Positions 17,401 through 24,360 of a DNA stretch of 24,360 bases are shown here, piece after piece. A program made the position numbers and the translations under genes. The stretch is from a bacterium (lineage in GTDB: Bacteria; Zhuqueibacterota; Zhuqueibacteria; Zhuqueibacterales; Zhuqueibacteraceae), in NCBI GenBank assembly GCA_044869275.1, contig JBIOXB010000102.1:1-24360 (forward strand), written 5' to 3'. The first letter of the stretch is position 1; each line of letters starts with the position of its first letter. The notes under the pieces were generated by a model. That model worked only from the letters and a program-made list of their open reading frames with translations. It ran no database searches and was not told where the DNA came from.

Positions 17401-17595
17401 GTGAAATTCAAAATCGATCGCCATCGCATTGCCCGCATGCCCAGGCGCACTCTCGGTTTTTCCGCGCACGCCGTCAGAGGCGATGAGCTGCCAGCCGGCG
17501 AGGTTCTCGAAATCGTCCAGCAGCTTTACCTGCGCCATGACCACAGGAGGTGCCAGTGCAACAGCTGCCACAAGGCATAAGAGCGTTTTATGCAT
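14431..17595 (-). CDS. Uncharacterised exported protein: CBM-like jelly-roll + F5/8 type C (discoidin/CBM32) + six-hairpin (alpha/alpha)6 glycosidase-like domain
   Basis: Signal MHKTLLCLVAAVALAPPVVMA/Q. N-domain LLDDFE...GTIYVDELRF. F5/8-like EWLVINFQKEVEVGGLVIDW...YEVELSDDGNEW...AKFLRL. C-domain YERAWIRDG, EHDSHG, ESISHEGY, SYWDDF and GDMPHTW. Confidence 0.8.
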   Translation of the reverse strand: MHKTLLCLVAAVALAPPVVMAQVKLLDDFENLAGWQLIASDGVRGKTESAPGHAGNAMAIDFEFHAGSGYAIAQKRIPLELPANYKFTFFLRGDTPGNNFEFKLLDSLGNVYWIKQLNLEYPRAWKKRTIKKRHLTFAWGPAGGGMPAKIDRMEFVVSAGSGGKGTIYVDELRFEPIDDSLKPSRPAEIKVSSAKKGPQPWISAGGEVVKNWTSAGKSEREWLVINFQKEVEVGGLVIDWHQHDFATAYEVELSDDGNEWYSGHAVVGGNGGRDYIYLPEAEAKFLRLNLRRSSRGQGYGLAQLEVKAADFSSSANAFFNAIAVHAPRGYFPKHLLQQQTYWTIVGVSGDTKEALINENGAIEVAKAGFSLEPFLYRNQRLVTWNDVALKQSLEQNYLPIPSVHWEDQGLQLHVTAFAAGEAGNSVLIAAYLLENKTAAAAAGKLFVALRPFQVLPPWQELNIIGGVSRLDSVRYVNSTVFANQDKRLMPVQAPNGFGAATFDQGDITEYLQKGVLPPNPYAKDVLGFASAALAFDFNLAPAASQKFELIVPLHDGEQGSGVANGKWQVEQLFHDTKKFWEAKLDQVEIRLPAFAQPIVDCFKSQLAYILINRDGPAIQPGSRTYERAWIRDGSLTSAAMLQTGNSPEVREYLDWYAPHQYPSGKVPCVVDTRGADPVPEHDSHGQLIYAMMEYFHFTRDTTWLREKFPYVVNAVRYIQTLRRERMTDTYRHGTPEQRACFGLVPESISHEGYSAKPMHSYWDDFFILRGLKDATQMAGILHENTLAQEFAAELEDFRNCLYVSLRLAMANKNIDFIPGCVELGDFDATSTTVGVSPVNELGNLPEPELQKTFAKYFEYFDQRRHNAIDWINYTPYETRLMGTFILLDQKERAHELLDFFLKDRRPPGWNHWAEVVWRDPATPKMIGDMPHTWVGSDFMRSLRSFFVYEREKDQALVVAAGIPEKWVRDPAGIAVKNLHTYYGTLDYRMQMHDGTLHVELGGNLHMPPGKIVLKSPFSSDLKAVVVNGKKSKAFNAKEVRVNVLPARVTMSVTR

Positions 17596-17691
17596 TCTCG
17601 TCCTGTCGCTGTATTTCTTTCGCCCTTCGCTTCCCCCGTTTGCCGCTTGTACCAATAGGACTGCAAGTTTTGCCATACGGAGGGCTGCAGC

Positions 17692-18252
17692 CTAGTGCGG
17701 CCACAGCCATCCAAACACCCCGGCCGTCAGGAGCGCATAGATCAAGCCATCCACGGTCGTTTTGATGGTCGTGATCCAGGAACGGCGGTACCAGATCGAC
17801 GCCTGCCACAGTGCCACGGCGTATCCCATGAAGGCAGTGACCCCGATGAACCGGAAAACTTGAAGGTAGGCCGCGCCGGCGGGCAGTGCTCGGCCCGCAA
17901 CGTACGCAGCGAGAATCCCGACCACGACGGAGTAGAGAAACCAGAGCATGAGATTCTTCGCCATCGGCGCCGGGCCGTTCGGCCAGACCGTGAGCATCAG
18001 CACCGGGCCCTGCTTCAACCTCGCGGCAAACTCGGGCGAGCGCTGCTCCTGCGCGCTGGAAGCGCGGGGGATCATGTAATCCCCGGGTGGCAACGCGAAC
18101 GGGCGGAGCGCGTCCATCACTTTTTCTTCGTTGGGCACTTGCGGGTAATCTTTCTTGTGCCAGGGCAACGCCATGTGAATGACGGAGCTCACGAGGAAAA
18201 CAACGACGGAAGACAATAAGATGGGGAGCCAAAGCGCGGATAGTTCAGTCAT
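17692..18252 (-). CDS. Hypothetical ~4-TM membrane protein (186 aa)
   Basis: Strong GGAGGAGG upstream of ATG 18252. One N-terminal hydrophobic helix, a ~60-aa soluble loop, then three hydrophobic helices. Co-oriented with the operon. Confidence 0.8.
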   Translation of the reverse strand: MTELSALWLPILLSSVVVFLVSSVIHMALPWHKKDYPQVPNEEKVMDALRPFALPPGDYMIPRASSAQEQRSPEFAARLKQGPVLMLTVWPNGPAPMAKNLMLWFLYSVVVGILAAYVAGRALPAGAAYLQVFRFIGVTAFMGYAVALWQASIWYRRSWITTIKTTVDGLIYALLTAGVFGWLWPH

Positions 18253-18359
18253 GACAACCTCCTCCGGTTTATTTGTAAGAAAATGGACCGACGCCTTTGA
18301 GCATGCGGCTGAATGGCGCAATCACGAAATGCACCGCGTGCCAACCTGCGGTGGCCATT

Positions 18360-19787
18360 TCATTTATTCAACTGCTCCAGCCAGCCGCCGGTGAACCCGG
18401 CGCGCTGCAATCCTTTCACGATGTACTTGTTCTTCTTCATTACGTTCCACACGAATCCATTCCGCAGGTTCGCAATCATGATCACAATCGGGCCTTGATC
18501 GATGCCGAGGTAATCATGGTCGAACCAGCCGTGGGGGGTTTTCGGCGTGATATAAGTGGGATTGAAAGAATCGAGAAAGCCGTATTCCTTCCAAAGCAGC
18601 GTGTCATATTTTGCGCGCATCGCTTTGAGCGCAGGGAGGCAAATCTCCGGCGCGAATGCCACTGATCCCCCGGCGGCAGTGGGCGCGAGGGTACCGTCAT
18701 CCTCGCTCCAGTCAAACGAAGCGCCGCGCGCGCGATACGACCAGAATTTTCGCTCGCGGCCGCCAACGGCGAAAGTCGTGTCCTGCGGTCCATCGCAAGC
18801 CGTGAGTCCCCAAATGCTCTCCGAGTAATCGCGATAGCGGTTCGGATTTTCCCTGGCGTAGGCCTGGTGCGTGTAAGTCGCCCGCCGCGAGTTTTCGAAA
18901 TAGTCAATGCCCTTTTCGCGCATATAGCCGTCTTGAATACCTCGAAAATCAATCCAGCAATGCGAATATTGATGGCCGAACAACGGCCCGAAACTGACAA
19001 ATTCGAGCCCGTAATATTTTGCCCAAACGTAAGGTTTCGTCCAGACCTGCCAGACGCTTTCAGGCAGAGCGTGTGTGGGCGAGCCCAGGCCGAGAATGTA
19101 TATGATCATGGCTTCATCATAGCCATCCCAAATGTGTGGGCCGAAGCCCCGTTCCGGCCGCCACGAAGTTTTGACGCCATTGGTTCCGGCCATGAACCAA
19201 TTCCAATCGGCGCGCCCATAAAGCGAATCCGCGAGGGCGCGAATATTTTGCTCCGGCTCATTCTCGCCATCAAAATAGGATTGCGCGAACAGCACGCCGG
19301 CCAACAGGAGCGCCGTGTCGATGGAAGACAGCTCGCACTTCCACGCGCGCGTGCCCTCGGGCATGGTGAGAAAGTGATAGAAAAACCCTTTGTGGCCTGC
19401 GACCTGGTCGGCCTTATCGTGCTGCGGAAGCTGCCAAAAAAAACGCAGGGTCATCAGCGTGCGCCGTGCTGCTTCTGCTCTGGTGATGACCTGGCGCTCG
19501 GCGGCAATCGGATAAGCCGTAAGCGCAAAGCCCACGGCGGCAATGCTCGAAGGCGCGGGCGTAGGCCAGCGATCGGGCGTCAAGCCGGTGGCGGGGTCGG
19601 TGGTTTCGAGGAAAAACTTCAGGGTACGCACTTGCAGGGTGTCGAGGAAAGGATCCCACTCGACCTTTGCAGGAACCGGCATGGAAATAGCCGGCGTTTG
19701 ATGCGGCTTTTCCAGGCAACCGATTGATCCGATCGCGAGGAAAACTGCATGCAAGAAAATACCGGTAGCACAAATCACTTTCGCCAT
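18360..19787 (-). CDS. GH144-like ('glucoamylase family') endo-beta-1,2-glucanase, probable lipoprotein
   Basis: SIAAVGFAL, GFFYHFL, ELSSIDTALL, GYDEAMI, PLFGHQYSH, YFENSRRA, WGLTACDGP, DDGTLAPTA and GIDQGP. Lipobox-like SIGC. Confidence 0.85.
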   Translation of the reverse strand: MAKVICATGIFLHAVFLAIGSIGCLEKPHQTPAISMPVPAKVEWDPFLDTLQVRTLKFFLETTDPATGLTPDRWPTPAPSSIAAVGFALTAYPIAAERQVITRAEAARRTLMTLRFFWQLPQHDKADQVAGHKGFFYHFLTMPEGTRAWKCELSSIDTALLLAGVLFAQSYFDGENEPEQNIRALADSLYGRADWNWFMAGTNGVKTSWRPERGFGPHIWDGYDEAMIIYILGLGSPTHALPESVWQVWTKPYVWAKYYGLEFVSFGPLFGHQYSHCWIDFRGIQDGYMREKGIDYFENSRRATYTHQAYARENPNRYRDYSESIWGLTACDGPQDTTFAVGGRERKFWSYRARGASFDWSEDDGTLAPTAAGGSVAFAPEICLPALKAMRAKYDTLLWKEYGFLDSFNPTYITPKTPHGWFDHDYLGIDQGPIVIMIANLRNGFVWNVMKKNKYIVKGLQRAGFTGGWLEQLNK

Positions 19788-19813
19788 CGTCGCTGTTCAC
19801 CATTTTCTCAAAC

Positions 19814-19866
19814 CGCGAATGGACGCTAATATACGCGAATGGAGAACATATTAGCGTCCATTCGCG
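19814..19866. repeat. Perfect 19-bp palindrome of the CGCGAAT type between the two GH144 genes
   Basis: CGCGAATGGACGCTAATAT (19814-19832) and ATATTAGCGTCCATTCGCG (19848-19866). The loop holds another CGCGAATGGA copy. Confidence 0.92.
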
Positions 19867-19925
19867 TTAATTAGCCGTTTCAAAAAGCGCGCAAGTTGCT
19901 TCATCGCCGGCCCTCAGTTGATTTT

Positions 19926-21566
19926 TTACTTCAGCAAAACCGCTTTCCGCGTTGCCGAAAAGCTTCCGGCCTCGAGCGAGAACAGATAGATTCCGCTCGC
20001 CAATTCACGCCCATCAAACGAAAACGTGTGTGCACCGCCCGCCAAGGTGTCATTTAGAATGGTGGCGATTTCCTCGCCGGAGAGGCGAAGGACTTTCAAC
20101 GTTACATATTCGCGTTGCGGCAATGAGAATCGAATCGCCGTCACTGGGTTGAACGGATTTGGGTAATTCTGAAAAAGCTGATAGGATCCCGGCGTTTCAG
20201 CAAATCTCTCTGCAATCCCTGTGACCGGGATGAAACCGGCGCGTTGCAAGCCGCGTTGCACGTCTGCATTCTGCATGAACAAATCCCTCACGCGGCCGGT
20301 GCGATGGTTTTCAATCATCACCACGATCGGGCCTTCGTCAATGCCGATCACGTCCGGCCCCCACCATTGGCGGGTTAAATTGAAGGCATCGCGAAAGCCA
20401 TACGTCGTCCATATTTGATTGCGATAGGTATCGTACATGTGCCGCAACGCCGCGATTGATTCTTCCGGTGTGAACGGCATGGAGCCGCCGGCGGCGGTGG
20501 GCGCAATCGTGCCGTCGTCATTCTGCGCCGGCGGCGCGCCGCGCGCGCGATAGCCGTCCGGGCCGTCGCATGCCGTGATGCCCCATACGTTTTCCCCATA
20601 GCCGACGAATCTACCGGGATTGGCAATGGCATAAGCGCGCGCCGCCAGCGTTGCGCGCCGTGAGTTTTCAAAATAAGTAATGCCGCGGCTGCGCATGTAA
20701 TCGTCTTGTATGTTCCGGAAATCGATCCAGCAATGTGAATACTGATGGCCGAACAGCGGCGGGAAATTCACATATGACCAGCCATAATGCGTTTGCCACT
20801 CATATCCGCTCGTCCACGCCGGCCAGGTGGAGGCGGGAATGGGAAACGTGGGCGAGCCCAGGCCCAAAATGTTCATGATCATGGCTTCGTTGTACCCCTG
20901 CCACCACGCATTGATGAAGCCCGTCTCCGGAAACCAGCCGAGCATGAGATTCGGCTGAAAGTTGCGCATCCAATTCCACTCGACACGATCATAAATAGAG
21001 TCGGCCAGCGCGCGGATTCTGTTTTCGAGAGAATCCGTGGCGGTGAAATACTGTTTGGCGTAAAGGATTCCCGCCAGCAGCAAAGCGGAATCGATCGAAG
21101 ACAACTCGGAATCCCAGGTGCGCAGCGCGGTGTTCATGTCGAGAAAATGATAAAAAAAACCGCGGTAGCCGATGTTGCCCTGGTTGCTCCGGCCCTGTGG
21201 TTTTTCCCAAAATGTCCTGAGGGTGGTGAGCACGCGGTCTCTACCCGCGGCACGCGTGATCCAGCCGCGATCGATGGCGACGCCGATCGCGGTCAAGCCA
21301 AAGCCCACCGACGCGATGCTGCAGGGGGAGCCGGAGGTGTTGCGATCTTTTATCAAACCGTTGCTGGGGTTGGCTTCTTTCCAGAAAAAATCAAAAGCAG
21401 TCCTTTGCAGCAGATCGAGAAACGCGCTGTCACTGGTGGCGGCGGTGGCCAGGGTAGTTTGATCTTGAGCGAACGCAGCTCTGGAGCTCAAAATGACGGT
21501 GATGACGAAAAACCATACGTAGGTTTTCGAAGCTTGATTTTGGCAGATTCGTTTGATACTGTTCAT
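19926..21566 (-). CDS. GH144-like endo-beta-1,2-glucanase with a C-terminal T9SS type A sorting domain
   Basis: Same motif set (SIASVGFGL, GFFYHFL, ELSSIDSALL, GYNEAMI, PLFGHQYSH, WGITACDGP, GIDEGP). Signal ends ...RAAFA/Q. Tail YQLFQNYPNPFNPVTAIRF...LASGIYLFSL...TRKAVLLK. Confidence 0.88.
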   Translation of the reverse strand: MNSIKRICQNQASKTYVWFFVITVILSSRAAFAQDQTTLATAATSDSAFLDLLQRTAFDFFWKEANPSNGLIKDRNTSGSPCSIASVGFGLTAIGVAIDRGWITRAAGRDRVLTTLRTFWEKPQGRSNQGNIGYRGFFYHFLDMNTALRTWDSELSSIDSALLLAGILYAKQYFTATDSLENRIRALADSIYDRVEWNWMRNFQPNLMLGWFPETGFINAWWQGYNEAMIMNILGLGSPTFPIPASTWPAWTSGYEWQTHYGWSYVNFPPLFGHQYSHCWIDFRNIQDDYMRSRGITYFENSRRATLAARAYAIANPGRFVGYGENVWGITACDGPDGYRARGAPPAQNDDGTIAPTAAGGSMPFTPEESIAALRHMYDTYRNQIWTTYGFRDAFNLTRQWWGPDVIGIDEGPIVVMIENHRTGRVRDLFMQNADVQRGLQRAGFIPVTGIAERFAETPGSYQLFQNYPNPFNPVTAIRFSLPQREYVTLKVLRLSGEEIATILNDTLAGGAHTFSFDGRELASGIYLFSLEAGSFSATRKAVLLK

Positions 21567-21644
21567 CCGAATATGAAAGGGTCATGAAATGAACTTCATT
21601 CGCGTAACTCGGATAAGCCGGAACCCCAAAATTCAAAAAACTCT

Positions 21645-21710
21645 CCAACGGATTAAGGACGGCCAACGGATTTTATTTTCAAATCCGTTGGCCGCTTTTC
21701 CATCCGTTGG
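21645..21710. repeat. Double-core palindrome B (CCAACGGAT x2 / ATCCGTTGG x2), homologous to 7965-8027
   Basis: CCAACGGAT at 21645 and 21663; ATCCGTTGG at 21683 and 21702. Inner stem CGGCCAACGGATTT/AAATCCGTTGGCCG. Confidence 0.9.
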
Positions 21711-21758
21711 CAACATAAAACATTTAGAATTTTATTCTAACTTTTGTAACCTTAGGCC

Positions 21759-24155
21759 CTAGATTCTTCCCAGAGTCACCACGATCTCATGAACTGATCC
21801 TGCTGCAAACAACGGCAAAGCCGGCTTCGAAGCCAAACACTGCTCGGCATATTTCTCGCCATCAATCAAGATCTCCTTCACGCCGCCACTCACATGCTCG
21901 GGGTTCTTCACTTTGACAAGATAGGTCGAGCCACGGAAATCCCTGCACACTTTGAAGCCCGACCATGAGGGCGGAATACACGGATCAATCACCAATCCTG
22001 CAAAGGTCGGGCGAATGCCGAGAATCCACTCCAGGCCGACCTTGAACAGCCACGCGGCTGAGCCGGAATACCACGTCCATCCGCCACGGCCGTAGAATTT
22101 CGAGTCCGGGCCTTCGATGTTGCCGGGCGTGACATACGGCTCGGCAAAATACTCGTCCGGTTTTTTGCCGCGCCGGATGGGATTGATTTTGGAAAACATG
22201 CGAAATGCCTCTTCGCCGCGGCCCAACAAGGCTTCGGCAATCACCGCCCACGTGGCGGCATGCGTATAGACGCCGCCATTCTCGCGCATGCCTGAGGCAT
22301 AACGCGAAAGATAGCCGAGGAATTTGTCCGGCGTTTTGTAACCGGGATAAAGCAACAACGGACCGGCTTTGTATTCGAGCTTCTGCTCTACCGCATTCAT
22401 CACTTGCTCGGCGCGCTCGCGCTCCGCCACGCCGGCAATGACCGCCCACGTTTGCGCGTTGAGATAGATTTGCCCTTCGACATTTTCCTTGCTGCCGATT
22501 CTTTCGCCGTTGTCTTTGGTGGCGCGATAATACCATTCGCCGTCCCACGCGAGTGCATTGATCTTTTCTTTCAAATGCTGCGCACGGCTGCGAAAAGACT
22601 GTGCCTGCGTGGGCGCGCCATATTTCTCCGCAATCGCGCCAAAGTCGAGCAAAATGCCATACAGGAAATGCGCCAGCCAAACCGATTCGCCCTGCATGTC
22701 CAGGCCGACCGCGCTGAGGCCATCATTCCAATCGCCGGCGCCGATTAACGGCAGTCCGCGAGAGCTGAAGCGTTCCAGCGCTTTATGAATGGCGCGCAAA
22801 CAATGATCATAAATCGATGCGGTATTGGCGTCATCGACAAATGCCTCCTGGCATTCCAGAATGCCGAAATCGTTGGTTTCCTGCAAATAACTATTCACGA
22901 CAAAGGGCAGCCAGAGCAGATTGTCGCTGATTTTGTTTTGCAGGCCGACTTCCGAAATCGGATGCCACCAATGGTACACTGCGCCGTCTTTGAATTGATG
23001 CCGCGCATGCAGGAGAATTTGCCGCTTGGTGCGTTCGGAATCAATCGGTAGGAAGACCTGGCTGTCTTGCAATTGATCGCGAAAACCGAAAGCCCCGCCG
23101 GTTTGATAATACGCCGTGCGTCCCCACAATCTGCCGGAAATGGTTTGATACTTCAACCAGGTGTTGAGCATGAGATTCATCGCATCGTCGGGCGTGTCGA
23201 TCTCGACTGTGTGCAACAGTCTCTCCCAGCGTTGGTGCACGTTTTTGAGCGCGGATTCAACCTCGGAGGGTGAACGATATTTGGTGATGAGTTGTGCCGC
23301 CTCGTCATGGGATTCGGCCGCGCCGAGCAGGAAGACGATCGTCTTCTCCTCGCCGGGTTTGAGCGTGAGATTCACTTGCAGACTGGCGATATGATCGATC
23401 CAGTTGCCTGCGCGCCTTTTCAGTTTGCCGGCGCGAACGGCTTCGGGCAGGCGTTGGCTCCCATACCTGCCGAGAAAGCTTTCTTTATCGGTATCGAATG
23501 AAGCGGGCCTGGCACTGGCGGCATGAAAGGCGACATAACCCCAATCTGCATTCCAATGTCCGCGCGTCGTGGGAATTTCCCATAAGCGCTTGGTGGCAAA
23601 AATGGCATGCGCCTCCGCCTCATACCTGGTTTCAATGAATGATTTGTGAAACTCGCGATGCCAATCCGGCGCCTGGCCCAGACCCCACTCAAAAAAGGTA
23701 AAAAGATTCAGCCTTTTCGGCTTGCGCGTGCGATTGCACAAGGTGAGCTTCCAAATTTCCAGCGGCTCGTCGTTCGGTACAAACAGCAACAACGTTGAAT
23801 CGATTCCGAAGTTCGAAGATTCAATCACGCTATAGCCGAGACCGTGCCGGCAAACGTAGCGCTTCGGTTCATGGCATACCGGCTTCCACCCGGCCGACCA
23901 AACATGATCATTCTCATCGCGCAAATAAACGTACTTGCCCCATTCATCTTTGATGAGATCCTGCTCCCAGCGCGTAATGCGATTGAGCTGCGCGTGCGTG
24001 CGCCAACTATAGCCGCTGCCGGTTTGCGAAACGGTCAGGCCGTAATCGCCGTTGCTGATCACGTTGATCCACGGCCGCGGTGTGCGCGGGGTGGTGATGA
24101 CGTATTCCTTGCCGTCTTTGGAAAAATAGCCGTACTTCGTTTTAAAGCTTTTCAA
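21759..24155 (-). CDS. GH94 glycoside phosphorylase (cytoplasmic), NdvB/Cgs C-terminal-like
   Basis: YGYFSKDGKEYVI, PRPWINVI, YYQTGGAFGFRDQLQD, catalytic GDWNDG, AWDGEWY, RENGGVYTHAA, EPYV and GWTWYSGSAAW. No signal peptide. TTG 24155 follows GAGGAAGG (TTG 24188 is an alternative). Confidence 0.92.
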   Translation of the reverse strand: MKSFKTKYGYFSKDGKEYVITTPRTPRPWINVISNGDYGLTVSQTGSGYSWRTHAQLNRITRWEQDLIKDEWGKYVYLRDENDHVWSAGWKPVCHEPKRYVCRHGLGYSVIESSNFGIDSTLLLFVPNDEPLEIWKLTLCNRTRKPKRLNLFTFFEWGLGQAPDWHREFHKSFIETRYEAEAHAIFATKRLWEIPTTRGHWNADWGYVAFHAASARPASFDTDKESFLGRYGSQRLPEAVRAGKLKRRAGNWIDHIASLQVNLTLKPGEEKTIVFLLGAAESHDEAAQLITKYRSPSEVESALKNVHQRWERLLHTVEIDTPDDAMNLMLNTWLKYQTISGRLWGRTAYYQTGGAFGFRDQLQDSQVFLPIDSERTKRQILLHARHQFKDGAVYHWWHPISEVGLQNKISDNLLWLPFVVNSYLQETNDFGILECQEAFVDDANTASIYDHCLRAIHKALERFSSRGLPLIGAGDWNDGLSAVGLDMQGESVWLAHFLYGILLDFGAIAEKYGAPTQAQSFRSRAQHLKEKINALAWDGEWYYRATKDNGERIGSKENVEGQIYLNAQTWAVIAGVAERERAEQVMNAVEQKLEYKAGPLLLYPGYKTPDKFLGYLSRYASGMRENGGVYTHAATWAVIAEALLGRGEEAFRMFSKINPIRRGKKPDEYFAEPYVTPGNIEGPDSKFYGRGGWTWYSGSAAWLFKVGLEWILGIRPTFAGLVIDPCIPPSWSGFKVCRDFRGSTYLVKVKNPEHVSGGVKEILIDGEKYAEQCLASKPALPLFAAGSVHEIVVTLGRI

Positions 24156-24262
24156 GGTTTCCTTCCTCAGCAGATTATTTGAATCCAATTCGTGTGGCTA
24201 TACGAGCCTGTAAAGACTTTCAAGCAGTTCCCCAAGCTGGACTTTATCCAAAATGTTCTTTG

Positions 24263-24358
24263 TCAAGCCGCGTAACAAAGCGTATCGGCGATGCGCTGGA
24301 GCAGAACTTCCGATACTTTTTGCACGTCCATCTGCGGCAACGACAATTGAAAACCCGA
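24263..24358 (-). CDS. Possible 3' end of an upstream gene entering from the window edge
   Basis: Open frame SGFQLSLPQMDVQKVSEVLLQRIADTLCYAA*. Other minus frames are also open for a stretch, so the frame is uncertain. Confidence 0.25.
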   Translation of the reverse strand, partial: SGFQLSLPQMDVQKVSEVLLQRIADTLCYAA

Positions 24359-24360
24359 TT

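Noticed and set aside
18360..21566. Literal 'glucoamylase' (starch) function for the two paralogues
   Set aside because: The family name is historical. Characterised GH144 members act on beta-1,2-glucan, and the context (GH3, GH94) is beta-glucoside metabolism.
18867..21587. 286-aa and 266-aa plus-strand ORFs opposite the GH144 genes
   Set aside because: Antisense shadows; their mutual resemblance only reflects GH144 paralogy.
24241..24266. TTGACA on the minus strand upstream of GH94 as a sigma70 -35
   Set aside because: The nearest -10-like hexamer (TAAAGT) is only 14 nt away, so no promoter call can be supported.

Overview
This is a gene-dense bacterial carbohydrate-utilisation region made of two convergent gene blocks. 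The combination of T9SS-type C-terminal domains, a PorV-like barrel and ABC sugar import suggests an FCB-group organism such as KSB1, Ignavibacteria or Calditrichota; this is an inference. The plus block (1-7861) holds the 3' end of a large protein with a sorting-type C-terminus, a PorV/UPF0164-like barrel, a GH16 beta-glucanase, two GH5 enzymes (one with CBM6 and a CTD) and a SurA/PPIase-like lipoprotein. The minus block (24155-8307) holds a GH94 phosphorylase of the NdvB/Cgs C-terminal type, two tandem GH144-like paralogues, a small membrane protein, an uncharacterised ~1050-aa CBM + F5/8 + (alpha/alpha)6-barrel protein, a GH3 beta-glucosidase and a CUT1 ABC binding protein with two permeases. 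Together these look like a complete beta-1,2-glucan pathway. The intergenic DNA is unusually structured. It contains a 118-bp MITE with 15-bp TIRs inserted into the centre of a REP-like palindrome, a 181-bp TIR-less insert with a TCAC duplication inside another palindrome, and several 'double-core' ACGGA palindromes, two of which show a compensatory base change. All family calls come from motif recognition by eye; no database searches were run.
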